Virus record (IMG/VR): IMGVR_UViG_3300029862_000313
Length of the DNA: 15,072 nucleotides
Strand: one strand, 5' to 3'
From: a virus
Taxonomy: Duplodnaviria > Heunggongvirae > Uroviricota > Caudoviricetes
Under the pieces are notes generated by a model. That model was given only the letters and a program-made list of their open reading frames with translations, searched no databases and was not told the origin of the DNA. Position 1 is the first letter of the stretch. The number at the start of each line of letters is the position of its first letter. Made by a program: the position numbers and the translations under genes. Shown here in pieces: positions 1 through 8,414 of the stretch.

Positions 1-1228
<1,228 letters not shown>

Positions 1229-1240
1229 TTATCTGTGAAC

Positions 1241-2131
1241 TCAGGCTGCCAGATCATCGTTTCCGATGGAAGCATAATAAGCTTTTTCTGCTTCTGCCGG
1301 AGGAGTATGGCCCAGCCTTTCCAGCAATCGTCGATTGTTATACCAGTCCACCCACGTGAGTGTGGCCAGTTCCACTTCTGCACGGTTTTTCCAGCTCTTA
1401 CGGTGTATTACCTCCGCTTTGTAAAGACCATTGATGCTCTCCGCCATCGCGTTGTCATACGAGTCGCCTGTACTTCCTGTTGATGCCAGTAATCCGGCTT
1501 CCTTAAGCCGCTGTGTGTAGGCCAGCGATACATACTGAGAACCTTTATCACTGTGATGGACCGTGCCGGACGGTCGACGGGCCCATAACGCCTGCTCCAG
1601 TGCATCCAGCACGAATGTCGTCTCCATGGACGATGAGACCCGCCACCCCACAATGTATCCGGCAAACACATCAATGATGAACGCCACATAGACGAAGCCC
1701 TGCCATGTGCTGACGTAAGTAAAATCAGCCACCCACAGCTGGTCAGGTCGTTCTGCCACGAACTGACGGTTTACGCGGTCGCCTGCGGCAACGGCTTTCC
1801 GGCTGATGGTCGTACGGACCTTTTTACCCCGGAGAACACCGGCAAGTCCCATAACCGCCATGAGACGTGCCACAGTGCATCTGGCCACTCTGATACCTTC
1901 CCGTAACAACTGACGCCAGACTTTACGCACACCGTATACCTTGTGATTTTCATCGTATACGCGCTGTATCTCTTTCTTCAGCCAGTCATCGCGCTGCGCA
2001 CGGGCACTGCGTTTATCCGGATGATGTCGCTGTTGCTGACAGTGGTAATACGTTGACGGGGCAATATGCAGTTCGCTGCATAGCGGTCCGACCCCGTACT
2101 GCTCACGCAGCTTATCCAGCAGTGGCATCAT
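1241..2131 (-). CDS. IS629 transposase OrfB (DDE catalytic domain), normally expressed as OrfAB fusion by -1 frameshift
   Basis: 296-aa ORF with DDE-type integrase-core features (WVADFTYV..., HSDKGSQY..., [15 protein letters not shown]). Overlaps OrfA by 4 nt at the A-run. Confidence 0.9.
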   Translation of the reverse strand: MMPLLDKLREQYGVGPLCSELHIAPSTYYHCQQQRHHPDKRSARAQRDDWLKKEIQRVYDENHKVYGVRKVWRQLLREGIRVARCTVARLMAVMGLAGVLRGKKVRTTISRKAVAAGDRVNRQFVAERPDQLWVADFTYVSTWQGFVYVAFIIDVFAGYIVGWRVSSSMETTFVLDALEQALWARRPSGTVHHSDKGSQYVSLAYTQRLKEAGLLASTGSTGDSYDNAMAESINGLYKAEVIHRKSWKNRAEVELATLTWVDWYNNRRLLERLGHTPPAEAEKAYYASIGNDDLAA

Positions 2132-2454
2132 TTTTTCCAGAGGCGGTCGAACTCCGCCTTCGCAAAATAAGCGGAAGCCTGGCGAAGGATATCGTTACTG
2201 CGGCGCAGTTCACGATTTTCACGTTCCAGCTCTTTCAGACGCTGACGTTCAGCGGTGGTGAGCCCTCCATCACCGCCCCCGGTATCCCGCTCATGCTGGC
2301 GAACCCAGACACGCAGAGTCTCCGGCGTACAGCCAATCTTTGGAGCAATGGAACAAATTGTCGCCCATTGTGAGTCATATTCGCCCTGACTTTCCAGAAC
2401 CATACGGACTGCCCGTTGACGGACTTCAGGGGAAAAACGAGTATTTTTAGTCAT
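2128..2454 (-). CDS. IS629 transposase OrfA (HTH DNA-binding part)
   Basis: 108-aa ORF with leucine-zipper-like C-terminus ([19 protein letters not shown]). Ends in an A6 run overlapping the OrfB start, typical of an IS3-family -1 frameshift window. Confidence 0.9.
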   Translation of the reverse strand: MTKNTRFSPEVRQRAVRMVLESQGEYDSQWATICSIAPKIGCTPETLRVWVRQHERDTGGGDGGLTTAERQRLKELERENRELRRSNDILRQASAYFAKAEFDRLWKK

Positions 2455-2839
2455 CCTGTTTACCTCTTTCTCAGGAAGTTTAGTCTCCAGGATTCCCGGG
2501 GCGGTTCACCTAGTCAGACACTCAGATGTAGTGCTCCGCAGCGGCATGCGGGGGAATACAAAAACTCGGACAAAATTGGGCCCTCCTTTTTGAATCACTC
2601 GCGGGGATGTAGTTATTAATACATGGGAAAAGATCTGTTTTCAAATCCAACATTATATGGTTTCAATACCACGGGGTGGCTATGTGGCTATGTGTTTCTC
2701 ATTATTATTTACAATCTACTGTAATCGCTCCGAACGCAAATGCGTCAATACTCGAATCAACTGATCATCCTGCCACGACTGAAATCTCAAATAGGCCGTT
2801 TCTCAAGTAAGAGATTTTGAATGCATTATTGGCTACTGA

Positions 2840-2868
2840 AATAAAAAACCCAGCGCCAACTGGGTTCA
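2840..2868 (-). terminator. Rho-independent terminator downstream of the 164-aa secreted-protein gene
   Basis: AACCCAG (2847..2853) pairs with CTGGGTT (2860..2866). On the - strand transcript the hairpin is followed by a U-run (A-run 2841..2847 on +). Confidence 0.55.
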
Positions 2869-2883
2869 TATGAAATTTTTTTG

Positions 2884-3378
2884 TCATTTCCAATTGCAAG
2901 ACTGTGAAATTTTTTCCACAACCTTATCAATCTCAGACAAGTCAAACTCAACTACTTGCATAGTTGATCCATAAGGTTCAAACCCAAAAATAGCTTTTTT
3001 ATGCTTAGCCAAGGTCTTTATAAATTGTATTGGTTGTGGAGCAAATGCAGAATCACCGCCTTCCCCACCTCCCCAAGCACTCTTGACCGGCTTTCCGCCA
3101 TCTAACCGCACTGTAATTCTTGGGTTGTCCGAACCCATATAATCATTGAATGATAAATAGGCATCTGTTTTGTTATCACTACAACGCAACACCAGTGAAG
3201 TTGCACGATCAGTACCTGCTTTGTTATATGAATCTGGTGATAAATTAAGAGCCACAAAGTCAGTCTGGTCAGTCATTTTATTTATCTCAGACTTTGTTAT
3301 CCACGACCCTAACTTCTCTACACCAGCATTTGCAGTAAACGAGGCACTTATGACAAAGGCTATAATAAATTTTCTCAT
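2884..3378 (-). CDS. Secreted protein of unknown function, 164 aa, N-terminal signal peptide (cargo gene in AT-rich segment)
   Basis: Signal peptide MRKFIIAFVISASFTANA followed by a hydrophilic mature domain with a Gly-rich patch (WGGGEGG). Low-GC gene in low-GC flanks with its own terminator. No family recognised. Confidence 0.6.
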   Translation of the reverse strand: MRKFIIAFVISASFTANAGVEKLGSWITKSEINKMTDQTDFVALNLSPDSYNKAGTDRATSLVLRCSDNKTDAYLSFNDYMGSDNPRITVRLDGGKPVKSAWGGGEGGDSAFAPQPIQFIKTLAKHKKAIFGFEPYGSTMQVVEFDLSEIDKVVEKISQSCNWK

Positions 3379-3524
3379 AACCCTATCTCCTTGGATTTAA
3401 AGAACTAAATATTATCAAGTCTCTTGCCACTAGAAAACCCACTTTATTTCCAAACTCTGATGGCATTCCTGAAAATCCGCTTCATACTCACTTGCCCCGC
3501 CCTATCATCCTGAGTAGCTAACCG

Positions 3525-3698
3525 TTAAACAAACGTTCGCCAGACCTTACCATCAATGACCAGGATTCCTGCCCGCGCCATTTTTGCCGCAGCCTGATTT
3601 ATGCTGGTTAATGTCACACCTGTTGTCGCAGCAACGTCCGGCGCACAGAAGCTCTTGTGCGTCTCCAGATAATGAATAATTGCCTCTTTGCCCGTCAT
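3525..3698 (-). CDS. ren: Ren-like protein, C-terminally truncated/divergent (57 aa versus 96 aa in lambda)
   Basis: ATG overlaps the P stop codon (ATGA at 3695..3698 on -). My translation is MTGKEAIIHYLETHKSFCAPDVAATTGVTLTSINQAAAKMARAGILVIDGKVWRTFV*, matching remembered lambda Ren up to about residue 55 and then diverging into AT-rich DNA. This ORF is below the 60-aa cutoff of the ORF track. Confidence 0.6.
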   Translation of the reverse strand: MTGKEAIIHYLETHKSFCAPDVAATTGVTLTSINQAAAKMARAGILVIDGKVWRTFV

Positions 3699-4396
3699 AC
3701 AGTTGCTCCTTTCAGTCCGAACTTCGCTTTGATTTCTGCGATCTTCGCCAGAGCCTGTGCACGATTTAGAGGCCTACCGCCCATGACAGGAAGTTGTTTT
3801 ACTGGTTCAGGTATCGCCTCACCACGGTTAATTCGCGCGGTCATACAGGTCAGCTCATCGGCAGCTTTACGCCGTAATTCCGCGTCAGTCAGCGCATTGG
3901 CCCGCATGTTCTGGTACAGGTTGGTAACCAACCAGTAGTGCGCGTTTGATTTCCATGGATAAGACTCTGCGTCCGGATACAGGCCACGCTTCCGGCAATA
4001 CTCGTAAACCATATCAACCAGCTCGCTGGCGTTTGGCAGTCCGGCGGTAACGGATGCTTCTTCCCGGCACCAGGCGACAAACTGCCCGGGTGATGGCAGG
4101 AATGGTCGATTCTGCCGACGGGCTACGCGCATTCCTGCGTTAACCTGTTCCATTGTGGTGATCCCGTTTTCCCGGAAAGCCAGAACCCACTGGCGGCGGA
4201 TTTCGTTCAGTTCGTTCTGGTCCCGGTTAGCCAGGCTCGCCGGGAAAGTTGCCAGTAACTGGCTGAACACACCGTTGATGATCCGCGCTACCTGCTGTAC
4301 CTGCGGCTTTTCGTCGTACTGTTCCGGCATGTTGTTGGCGATCCGGCGCATCTGCTCACGGTCAAAGTTAACCATCTGTGCGGCGATGTTTTTCAT
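3695..4396 (-). CDS. P: Replication protein P (DnaB helicase loader), lambda-type
   Basis: 233 aa, near-identical to remembered lambda P (MKNIAAQMVNFDREQMRRIANNMPEQYDEKPQ...). Start overlaps the O stop. Confidence 0.95.
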   Translation of the reverse strand: MKNIAAQMVNFDREQMRRIANNMPEQYDEKPQVQQVARIINGVFSQLLATFPASLANRDQNELNEIRRQWVLAFRENGITTMEQVNAGMRVARRQNRPFLPSPGQFVAWCREEASVTAGLPNASELVDMVYEYCRKRGLYPDAESYPWKSNAHYWLVTNLYQNMRANALTDAELRRKAADELTCMTARINRGEAIPEPVKQLPVMGGRPLNRAQALAKIAEIKAKFGLKGATV

Positions 4397-5322
4397 AAAT
4401 CCACCCCATAAATCCAGTCAGTGTTTGTCAGGTCGAGTTTTGATTTTCCGGCTGTCACGCCAGCCTGTTGCTTGTTACGGTTGATTTCGAGTTGGGTCCA
4501 CTTGTCGCGGAGTTTGGCCGGACTTAGCACGTTACCGGACCAGAAGTTGTCCTGGCATGCCCAGCGGAACAGCACGCACATGTCGCGGTGGTTACGTCCG
4601 TCACGTTCACGCATCAGGCGGATATCGTTAGCCCACCCTGCAAAATTCGGTTTTCTGGCTGATGGCGCGATGGTCTTCACCATGTCAAACATCCACTCTG
4701 CGGCGGTCAGGTCTTCTGCTGTCCCCCACCTGCTGCCGCTCTGAATTGCAGCATCTGGTTTCTCCACAGGAAGATCGTTTTCTGGTTGGTCAGAGGATTC
4801 GCCAGAATTCTCGGACGAAAAAGGTTTTATATTGTCTTTTGTTAGTTTGTCTTTTGTGTTTACCTGATTCGGGTAAACGCCTTTACCTGATTTGGGTAAA
4901 CTTTTCTTACCTGATTCAGGTAAATTTACCTCTTTCAGGTAAACTTTATTTTTCTTACCTGATTCGGGTAATGTTGACCATTCACTGACCACATTATTAA
5001 TGCCGATATTCCGCCCGCTCTGAATAAGAATCCCACGCTTTACCAGAACGCTTTTTGCAGCAGAACACTTGTGCGGCAATATCCCGGTCAACTCGGAAAG
5101 TTGCTCGTTGCTCACCCAATCCAGTTTTTTATTAAAGCCATATGTTTTGCGCATGACAGCCAGGAAGACCAGAAGCTGGTGCTGTGTTAATCCGGCCAGC
5201 ATCACAGCTTCCAGCAACTCATTTGCAATGCGCGTATAACCATCATCGAGATCTGCCACGCGCGGCTCCTTTTGTGCCGCATCCGGCACTGGAAAATTGA
5301 ATATCTCAGCAGTGTTTGCCAT
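4393..5322 (-). CDS. O: Replication initiator O, mosaic: non-lambda N-terminal iteron-binding domain, lambda-like C-terminal P-interacting domain
   Basis: Alignment to lambda O begins at MANTAEIFNF (lambda MTNTAKILNF), and GGAGG lies 6-10 nt upstream of the ATG at 5320..5322. The track ORF extends to 5412 (ATGA overlap with upstream gene) but the extra 30 aa have no lambda counterpart. Iterons are embedded in the coding sequence as in lambda ori. Confidence 0.85.
   Translation of the reverse strand: MANTAEIFNFPVPDAAQKEPRVADLDDGYTRIANELLEAVMLAGLTQHQLLVFLAVMRKTYGFNKKLDWVSNEQLSELTGILPHKCSAAKSVLVKRGILIQSGRNIGINNVVSEWSTLPESGKKNKVYLKEVNLPESGKKSLPKSGKGVYPNQVNTKDKLTKDNIKPFSSENSGESSDQPENDLPVEKPDAAIQSGSRWGTAEDLTAAEWMFDMVKTIAPSARKPNFAGWANDIRLMRERDGRNHRDMCVLFRWACQDNFWSGNVLSPAKLRDKWTQLEINRNKQQAGVTAGKSKLDLTNTDWIYGVDL
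4857..4975. repeat. Replication origin iterons inside O: five copies of an 18-19 bp palindromic repeat TTACCYNWTTYRGGTAAA, flanked by an AT-rich stretch (4800..4860)
   Basis: Copies at 4861..4878, 4884..4901, 4909..4926, 4928..4945 and 4957..4974 (e.g. TACCTGATTCGGGTAAAC). Adjacent AT-rich tract aaaaggttttatattgtcttttgttagtttgtcttttgtg. Architecture mirrors lambda ori (iterons plus AT-rich region within O) but the iteron sequence differs from lambda's. Confidence 0.8.
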
Positions 5323-5408
5323 AATTCCTCCCGCAATGAGTGTGTTACGATTTGCACCTGAAAGTCGGTTCTGTTCCCGCAGACCGACTTTCGCCATTTC
5401 TGAACCTG

Positions 5409-5948
5409 TCATATTGCCCCCAGCATGGTGGTCACCATCGCCATTAATGGACCAGCCAGATCCGGGTCCACACGAAACATCGACACAATACCTTCACTCA
5501 TTTCCTTCAGTTTCTGGTGGCGTGGTGCGTTGAGAATGACAGCCTGTTTTGCCTCACTGAGTTCCTTTTCCATTTCAGCCAACCGAGTCATGAAGCTATC
5601 CTGCTCAACCAGGTAACCGCGATATTCCAGCGGTAGTACCGCCAGAATTGCCGGGGTCAGTTCACGCACGTTATTTCGGTATTTTTCAGAATCGAATTTG
5701 TTATCGAGGAAGCGGAACAGCTTCTGGCGTGCACGGCTGACATCATCAGGGAAATCGATGGTGCCGTCGCCCTGCTCCCGATACTCATTCACAATGAGTG
5801 CGGCAACGACATCCTGATTATCTACAGCCGACCAGGCGCGGACGGCATCACGGATTTTTTCGTGGCCTGGAGCTTGTTTTGTTTGAGAACGATTTATCAC
5901 CGCAGTCGGAATAAATCCGCTAGTCTGTTGGTATGTAAGTGGTTGCAT
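5409..5948 (-). CDS. CII-position regulatory protein, 179 aa, possibly YdaT-family (functional analogue of CII)
   Basis: Sits between cro-like and O where lambda has cII. AAGGAG RBS 7 nt upstream of ATG at 5946..5948. Family assignment rests on position and on the Cro partner resembling the YdaS type; the sequence was not confirmed. Confidence 0.5.
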   Translation of the reverse strand: MQPLTYQQTSGFIPTAVINRSQTKQAPGHEKIRDAVRAWSAVDNQDVVAALIVNEYREQGDGTIDFPDDVSRARQKLFRFLDNKFDSEKYRNNVRELTPAILAVLPLEYRGYLVEQDSFMTRLAEMEKELSEAKQAVILNAPRHQKLKEMSEGIVSMFRVDPDLAGPLMAMVTTMLGAI

Positions 5949-6017
5949 AATTGACTCCTTTAGTTTGAATTGACTGTTAAGTTGATTGCTTATTGTTAAA
6001 GAGCGTGAAATGGAAAT

Positions 6018-6248
6018 TTAAGCTGCGTTCTTTTCGGTGTGTGGAAACAACTTCGGAAGATCCGGGCGAATCTGGTATGCCTTCACAACTCCACCAGTAG
6101 CCGTAACAATGCTGCCGACATGTTCAGGGGATACCTTTGCTTTGTTGTGAAGCCACTTATAGACGGCCTGCTGTGAAACTTCGCAGGCATCGCCTAGTTT
6201 CTTTTGTGAACCAACGATATTGATCGCTGTTTTGATTGCTGGGTTCAT
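6018..6248 (-). CDS. cro: Cro-like HTH transcriptional regulator (YdaS/Cro type), 76 aa
   Basis: Divergent from cI across an operator-rich 104-bp intergenic region. HTH-like segment (QKKLGDACEVSQQAVYKWL) and a C-terminal YQIRPDL motif. Confidence 0.7.
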   Translation of the reverse strand: MNPAIKTAINIVGSQKKLGDACEVSQQAVYKWLHNKAKVSPEHVGSIVTATGGVVKAYQIRPDLPKLFPHTEKNAA

Positions 6249-6352
6249 AACAACCTCCGTGGTTAATCCGAATCAAGATTAAAACTATGGTTGTTTTTAG
6301 TCAACAACCATTTTCGTTTGATGAAATAAAACCTTGGTTGTACATTTGATCT
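6249..6352. promoter_or_regulatory. OR-like operator/promoter region between divergent cro-like and cI genes
   Basis: Inverted repeat ATGGTTGTT-N6-AACAACCAT at 6287..6310. Additional AACAACC/GGTTGT motifs at 6249..6255 and 6334..6340. The same ACAAC/GTTGT half-sites recur at the OL-like region near 7784..7847. Confidence 0.6.
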
Positions 6353-7042
6353 ATGAAAACAACACTCTCAGAAAGACTTAAAGAAGCCAGATTAGCGCGA
6401 GGCCTTACACAAAAGGCGCTTGGGGATTTGGTCGGGGTTAGCCAGGCTGCTATTCAGAAAATCGAAACAGGGAAAGCTAACCAAACAACTAAAATCGTGG
6501 AGATCGCGAACGCTTTGGGTGTGCGCGCAGAATGGTTATCTTCTGGCGTTGGAAATATGTCAGACAGTACAGTGCAACCAATACAATCAACTGTCAGCCA
6601 TTCCAAATACTTCAAAATTGACGTTCTTGATATAGAAGTCAGTGCCGGGCCAGGTGTAATCAACCGTGAGTTTGTAGAAGTTCTACGCTCGGTTGAGTAC
6701 TCGTTTGACGATGCTCGTCACATGTTCGATGGCAGGAAGGCGGAAAATATCCGCATCATTAACGTGCGAGGTGACAGCATGTCAGGGACGATCGAACCAG
6801 GTGACCTGCTGTTCGTTGATATCACTGTTAAATCTTTCGACGGTGATGGCATCTATGCGTTTCTGTACGACGACACTGCCCATGTAAAACGTCTTCAAAT
6901 GATGAAGGATAAGCTGCTGGTTATCTCTGATAACAAGAGCTACTCGCCGTGGGACCCGATCGAGAAAGACGAGATGAACCGGGTGTTCATATTCGGTAAG
7001 GTCATTGGAAGCATGCCGCAGACGTACAGGAAGCATGGTTAA
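6353..7042 (+). CDS. cI: CI-type prophage repressor, N-terminal HTH plus C-terminal S24 (LexA-like) autopeptidase domain; not lambda immunity
   Basis: 229 aa. HTH (LTQKALGDLVGVSQAAIQKIETG), candidate Ala-Gly cleavage site (EVSAGPG), Ser nucleophile in GDSMSGTIEPGD and Lys in HVKRL. Unlike remembered lambda cI. Confidence 0.85.
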   Translation: MKTTLSERLKEARLARGLTQKALGDLVGVSQAAIQKIETGKANQTTKIVEIANALGVRAEWLSSGVGNMSDSTVQPIQSTVSHSKYFKIDVLDIEVSAGPGVINREFVEVLRSVEYSFDDARHMFDGRKAENIRIINVRGDSMSGTIEPGDLLFVDITVKSFDGDGIYAFLYDDTAHVKRLQMMKDKLLVISDNKSYSPWDPIEKDEMNRVFIFGKVIGSMPQTYRKHG

Positions 7043-7271
7043 TTTATCTACGACTTAAGGGAGCGAAGGTTAAGGTTTATACCACTCGGATTAGATATTG
7101 CACTAAATTCTCTATAAGAACGCCAAATCTGTTTGCATATTTCAGTAAATATTCTCGTTGTTAGCTGAGATTTGTTGCTACTGTCAGCAAAATGTCCCCC
7201 TATCTCGTAGCGGTTTTTATTTCGAATCATTATGTTAAGATGTTTCTGATTATAATGAATGGAAACATAAA

Positions 7272-7652
7272 ATGAGAAAAATCCTAATCGCTGCCATGAT
7301 GGCATCTGTATTGGCTGGGTGTGCTTCTTCAGGCAACCAGCAACTCAAAAATGAAACTGAAATTAGTGTCCAGTCTAAACTTCAGGAAGGTAAAACAACC
7401 AAGAATGAGGTTAAATCTTACTTTGGTTCTCCTGATGCTGTTTCATATACTGACAGTGGAAACGAGATCTGGAAGTACGCCTTTGCAAAAGTAAAAGTTA
7501 ATGGCACCACTTTTATTCCATTCTATGGATTATTCCATAATGGAACGAACGGTACGAAAAAAGAACTTACTATTCTTTTTAACGATGACACGATTAAGAA
7601 ATACACAATGTCAGAAACCCAAATAAACTCGAAATCAGGTTGGGCTGACTGA
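7272..7652 (+). CDS. Lipoprotein of unknown function, 126 aa, in the rexAB/sieB-equivalent position downstream of cI
   Basis: Signal peptide with lipobox LAGC (Cys18). Preceded by a 229-bp AT-rich spacer and followed by a hairpin terminator. Low GC relative to neighbouring phage genes. Confidence 0.7.
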   Translation: MRKILIAAMMASVLAGCASSGNQQLKNETEISVQSKLQEGKTTKNEVKSYFGSPDAVSYTDSGNEIWKYAFAKVKVNGTTFIPFYGLFHNGTNGTKKELTILFNDDTIKKYTMSETQINSKSGWAD

Positions 7653-7660
7653 TAATCATA

Positions 7661-7690
7661 CCCGGCAACCGCGCCGGGTTTTCTTTTCCT
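7661..7690 (+). terminator. Rho-independent terminator after the lipoprotein gene
   Basis: CCCGGC (7661..7666) pairs with GCCGGG (7673..7678), followed by TTTTCTTTTCC. Confidence 0.7.
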
Positions 7691-7779
7691 CCCCCTCATA
7701 ACTCATACCGTCCAAAAAACCACCACACCTCACTTCAGTTATCGCTATGCGATGCAAGTCACAAAATAAATCCATCCTA

Positions 7780-7860
7780 AATACAACCAGTTATATTTAA
7801 AACAACCGACAAAACAACTTTTGTTGTTGACGATAAAACAACTATAGTTTTAAATAAATT
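7780..7860 (+). promoter_or_regulatory. OL/pL-like operator-promoter region driving the early operon toward gam-bet-exo
   Basis: Operator-like repeats ACAACC (7784..7789, 7802..7807) and palindrome ACAAC-TTTT-GTTGT (7814..7827). Candidate -35 TTGACG (7827..7832) with -10 TTAAAT (7850..7855) at 17-bp spacing. Orientation matches the downstream + strand early genes. Confidence 0.5.
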
Positions 7861-7910
7861 CATCGCAACGACACAACGATACGGTAACCACCTGTTTCAC
7901 CGTTGCGATG
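7861..7910 (+). promoter_or_regulatory. Structured 5' leader: perfect 10-bp inverted repeat (CATCGCAACG ... CGTTGCGATG) with 30-nt loop, immediately downstream of the pL-like promoter
   Basis: 7861..7870 is the exact reverse complement of 7901..7910. Further GC-rich self-complementary segments follow to about 8045 (e.g. GTCGC-N9-GCGAC at 8025..8043). Function not established. Confidence 0.35.
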
Positions 7911-8132
7911 ACCGCTTAGATCCGCAGTTTGAATTTCAGCAGGCTTCGGGGAGTGCGAGGGGTGAAGCGGACGCGTGAACGTCGGTGTGACCAGCTGAAA
8001 TCAACTCAACACTTCATACCTCAGTCGCTTCAACGAGGCGACTTAGTTATGACAACCGGCGGCCATCCACCGCCTGAATACGCGCAGAAGTCTCTATATG
8101 TTCAGCAGCCCAGCTTACGGGCAGGAGTTTTT

Positions 8133-8339
8133 ATGGTTCATCAACATTACGGAACGCAGACCGTTAATCGAGGTGCGGTCATGCCAGGAATGCTGGTCAA
8201 ACACAAAGATGGTACCTGGACTGCATCAGCTAATTTACGCGGACGGCTTTATCTGCATCGCGGCATCGAGCGCACTTATACCCGTGATTTGCTCGTGGAA
8301 GTTTTTCTCGACGGACGCGGTAACGGCCTGAATCGCTAA
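8133..8339 (+). CDS. Hypothetical early protein (68 aa from the AGGAG-associated start; the ORF is open from 7929, 136 aa)
   Basis: Strong RBS AGGAG (8123..8127) 5 nt before ATG at 8133. Occupies the position of lambda N..kil but shows no similarity to either. The stop at 8337..8339 abuts the point where lambda-like sequence resumes (8340). The longer ORF has an Arg-rich N-terminus but no evident RBS. Confidence 0.35.
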   Translation: MVHQHYGTQTVNRGAVMPGMLVKHKDGTWTASANLRGRLYLHRGIERTYTRDLLVEVFLDGRGNGLNR

Positions 8340-8414
8340 TCCCCTTTCCTGTTTTCCTAATCAGCCTGGCATTTCGCGGGCGATATTTTCACAGCCATTT
8401 TCAGGAGTTCAGCC

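Noticed and set aside
2416-2619. 67-aa + strand ORF spanning the IS629 end and flanking DNA
   Set aside because: Crosses the IS terminal inverted repeat; no RBS; likely non-coding.
4857-4975. Regularly spaced repeats that could superficially suggest a CRISPR array
   Set aside because: Repeats are 18-19 bp palindromes with short spacers of irregular length lying inside the O coding sequence next to an AT-rich tract; this is the replication origin iteron architecture, not CRISPR.
3657-4988. Multiple + strand ORFs (3657..3938, 4155..4484, 4421..4744, 4662..4988) and minus ORF 3889..4080 across P and O
   Set aside because: Antisense or out of frame relative to the near-lambda-identical P and the O gene; no translation signals.
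5322-5412. Longer O start at 5412 (ATGA overlap with the CII-like stop) giving a 339-aa protein
   Set aside because: The additional 30 residues have no counterpart in lambda O, whereas the 5322 ATG has a GGAGG RBS and aligns with the lambda O N-terminus. Kept as an alternative.
5425-5616. 63-aa + strand ORF and 5297..5533 ORF overlapping the CII-like gene/O start
   Set aside because: Antisense to the CII-like gene and intergenic hairpin; no RBS.
6420-7036. ORFs 6420..6635 (+), 6454..6663 (-), 6693..6887 (+), 6782..7036 (-) within cI
   Set aside because: Alternative frames or antisense of the cI repressor gene, which has clear HTH and S24 peptidase motifs.
7048-7305. 85-aa - strand ORF in the AT-rich spacer upstream of the lipoprotein gene
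   Set aside because: Lies in AT-rich non-coding DNA and overlaps the lipoprotein start; composition-driven ORF with no RBS.
8098-8331. 77-aa + strand ORF overlapping the hypothetical early gene in another frame
   Set aside because: No RBS and implausible composition; the in-frame 8133 start with AGGAG is the better candidate.
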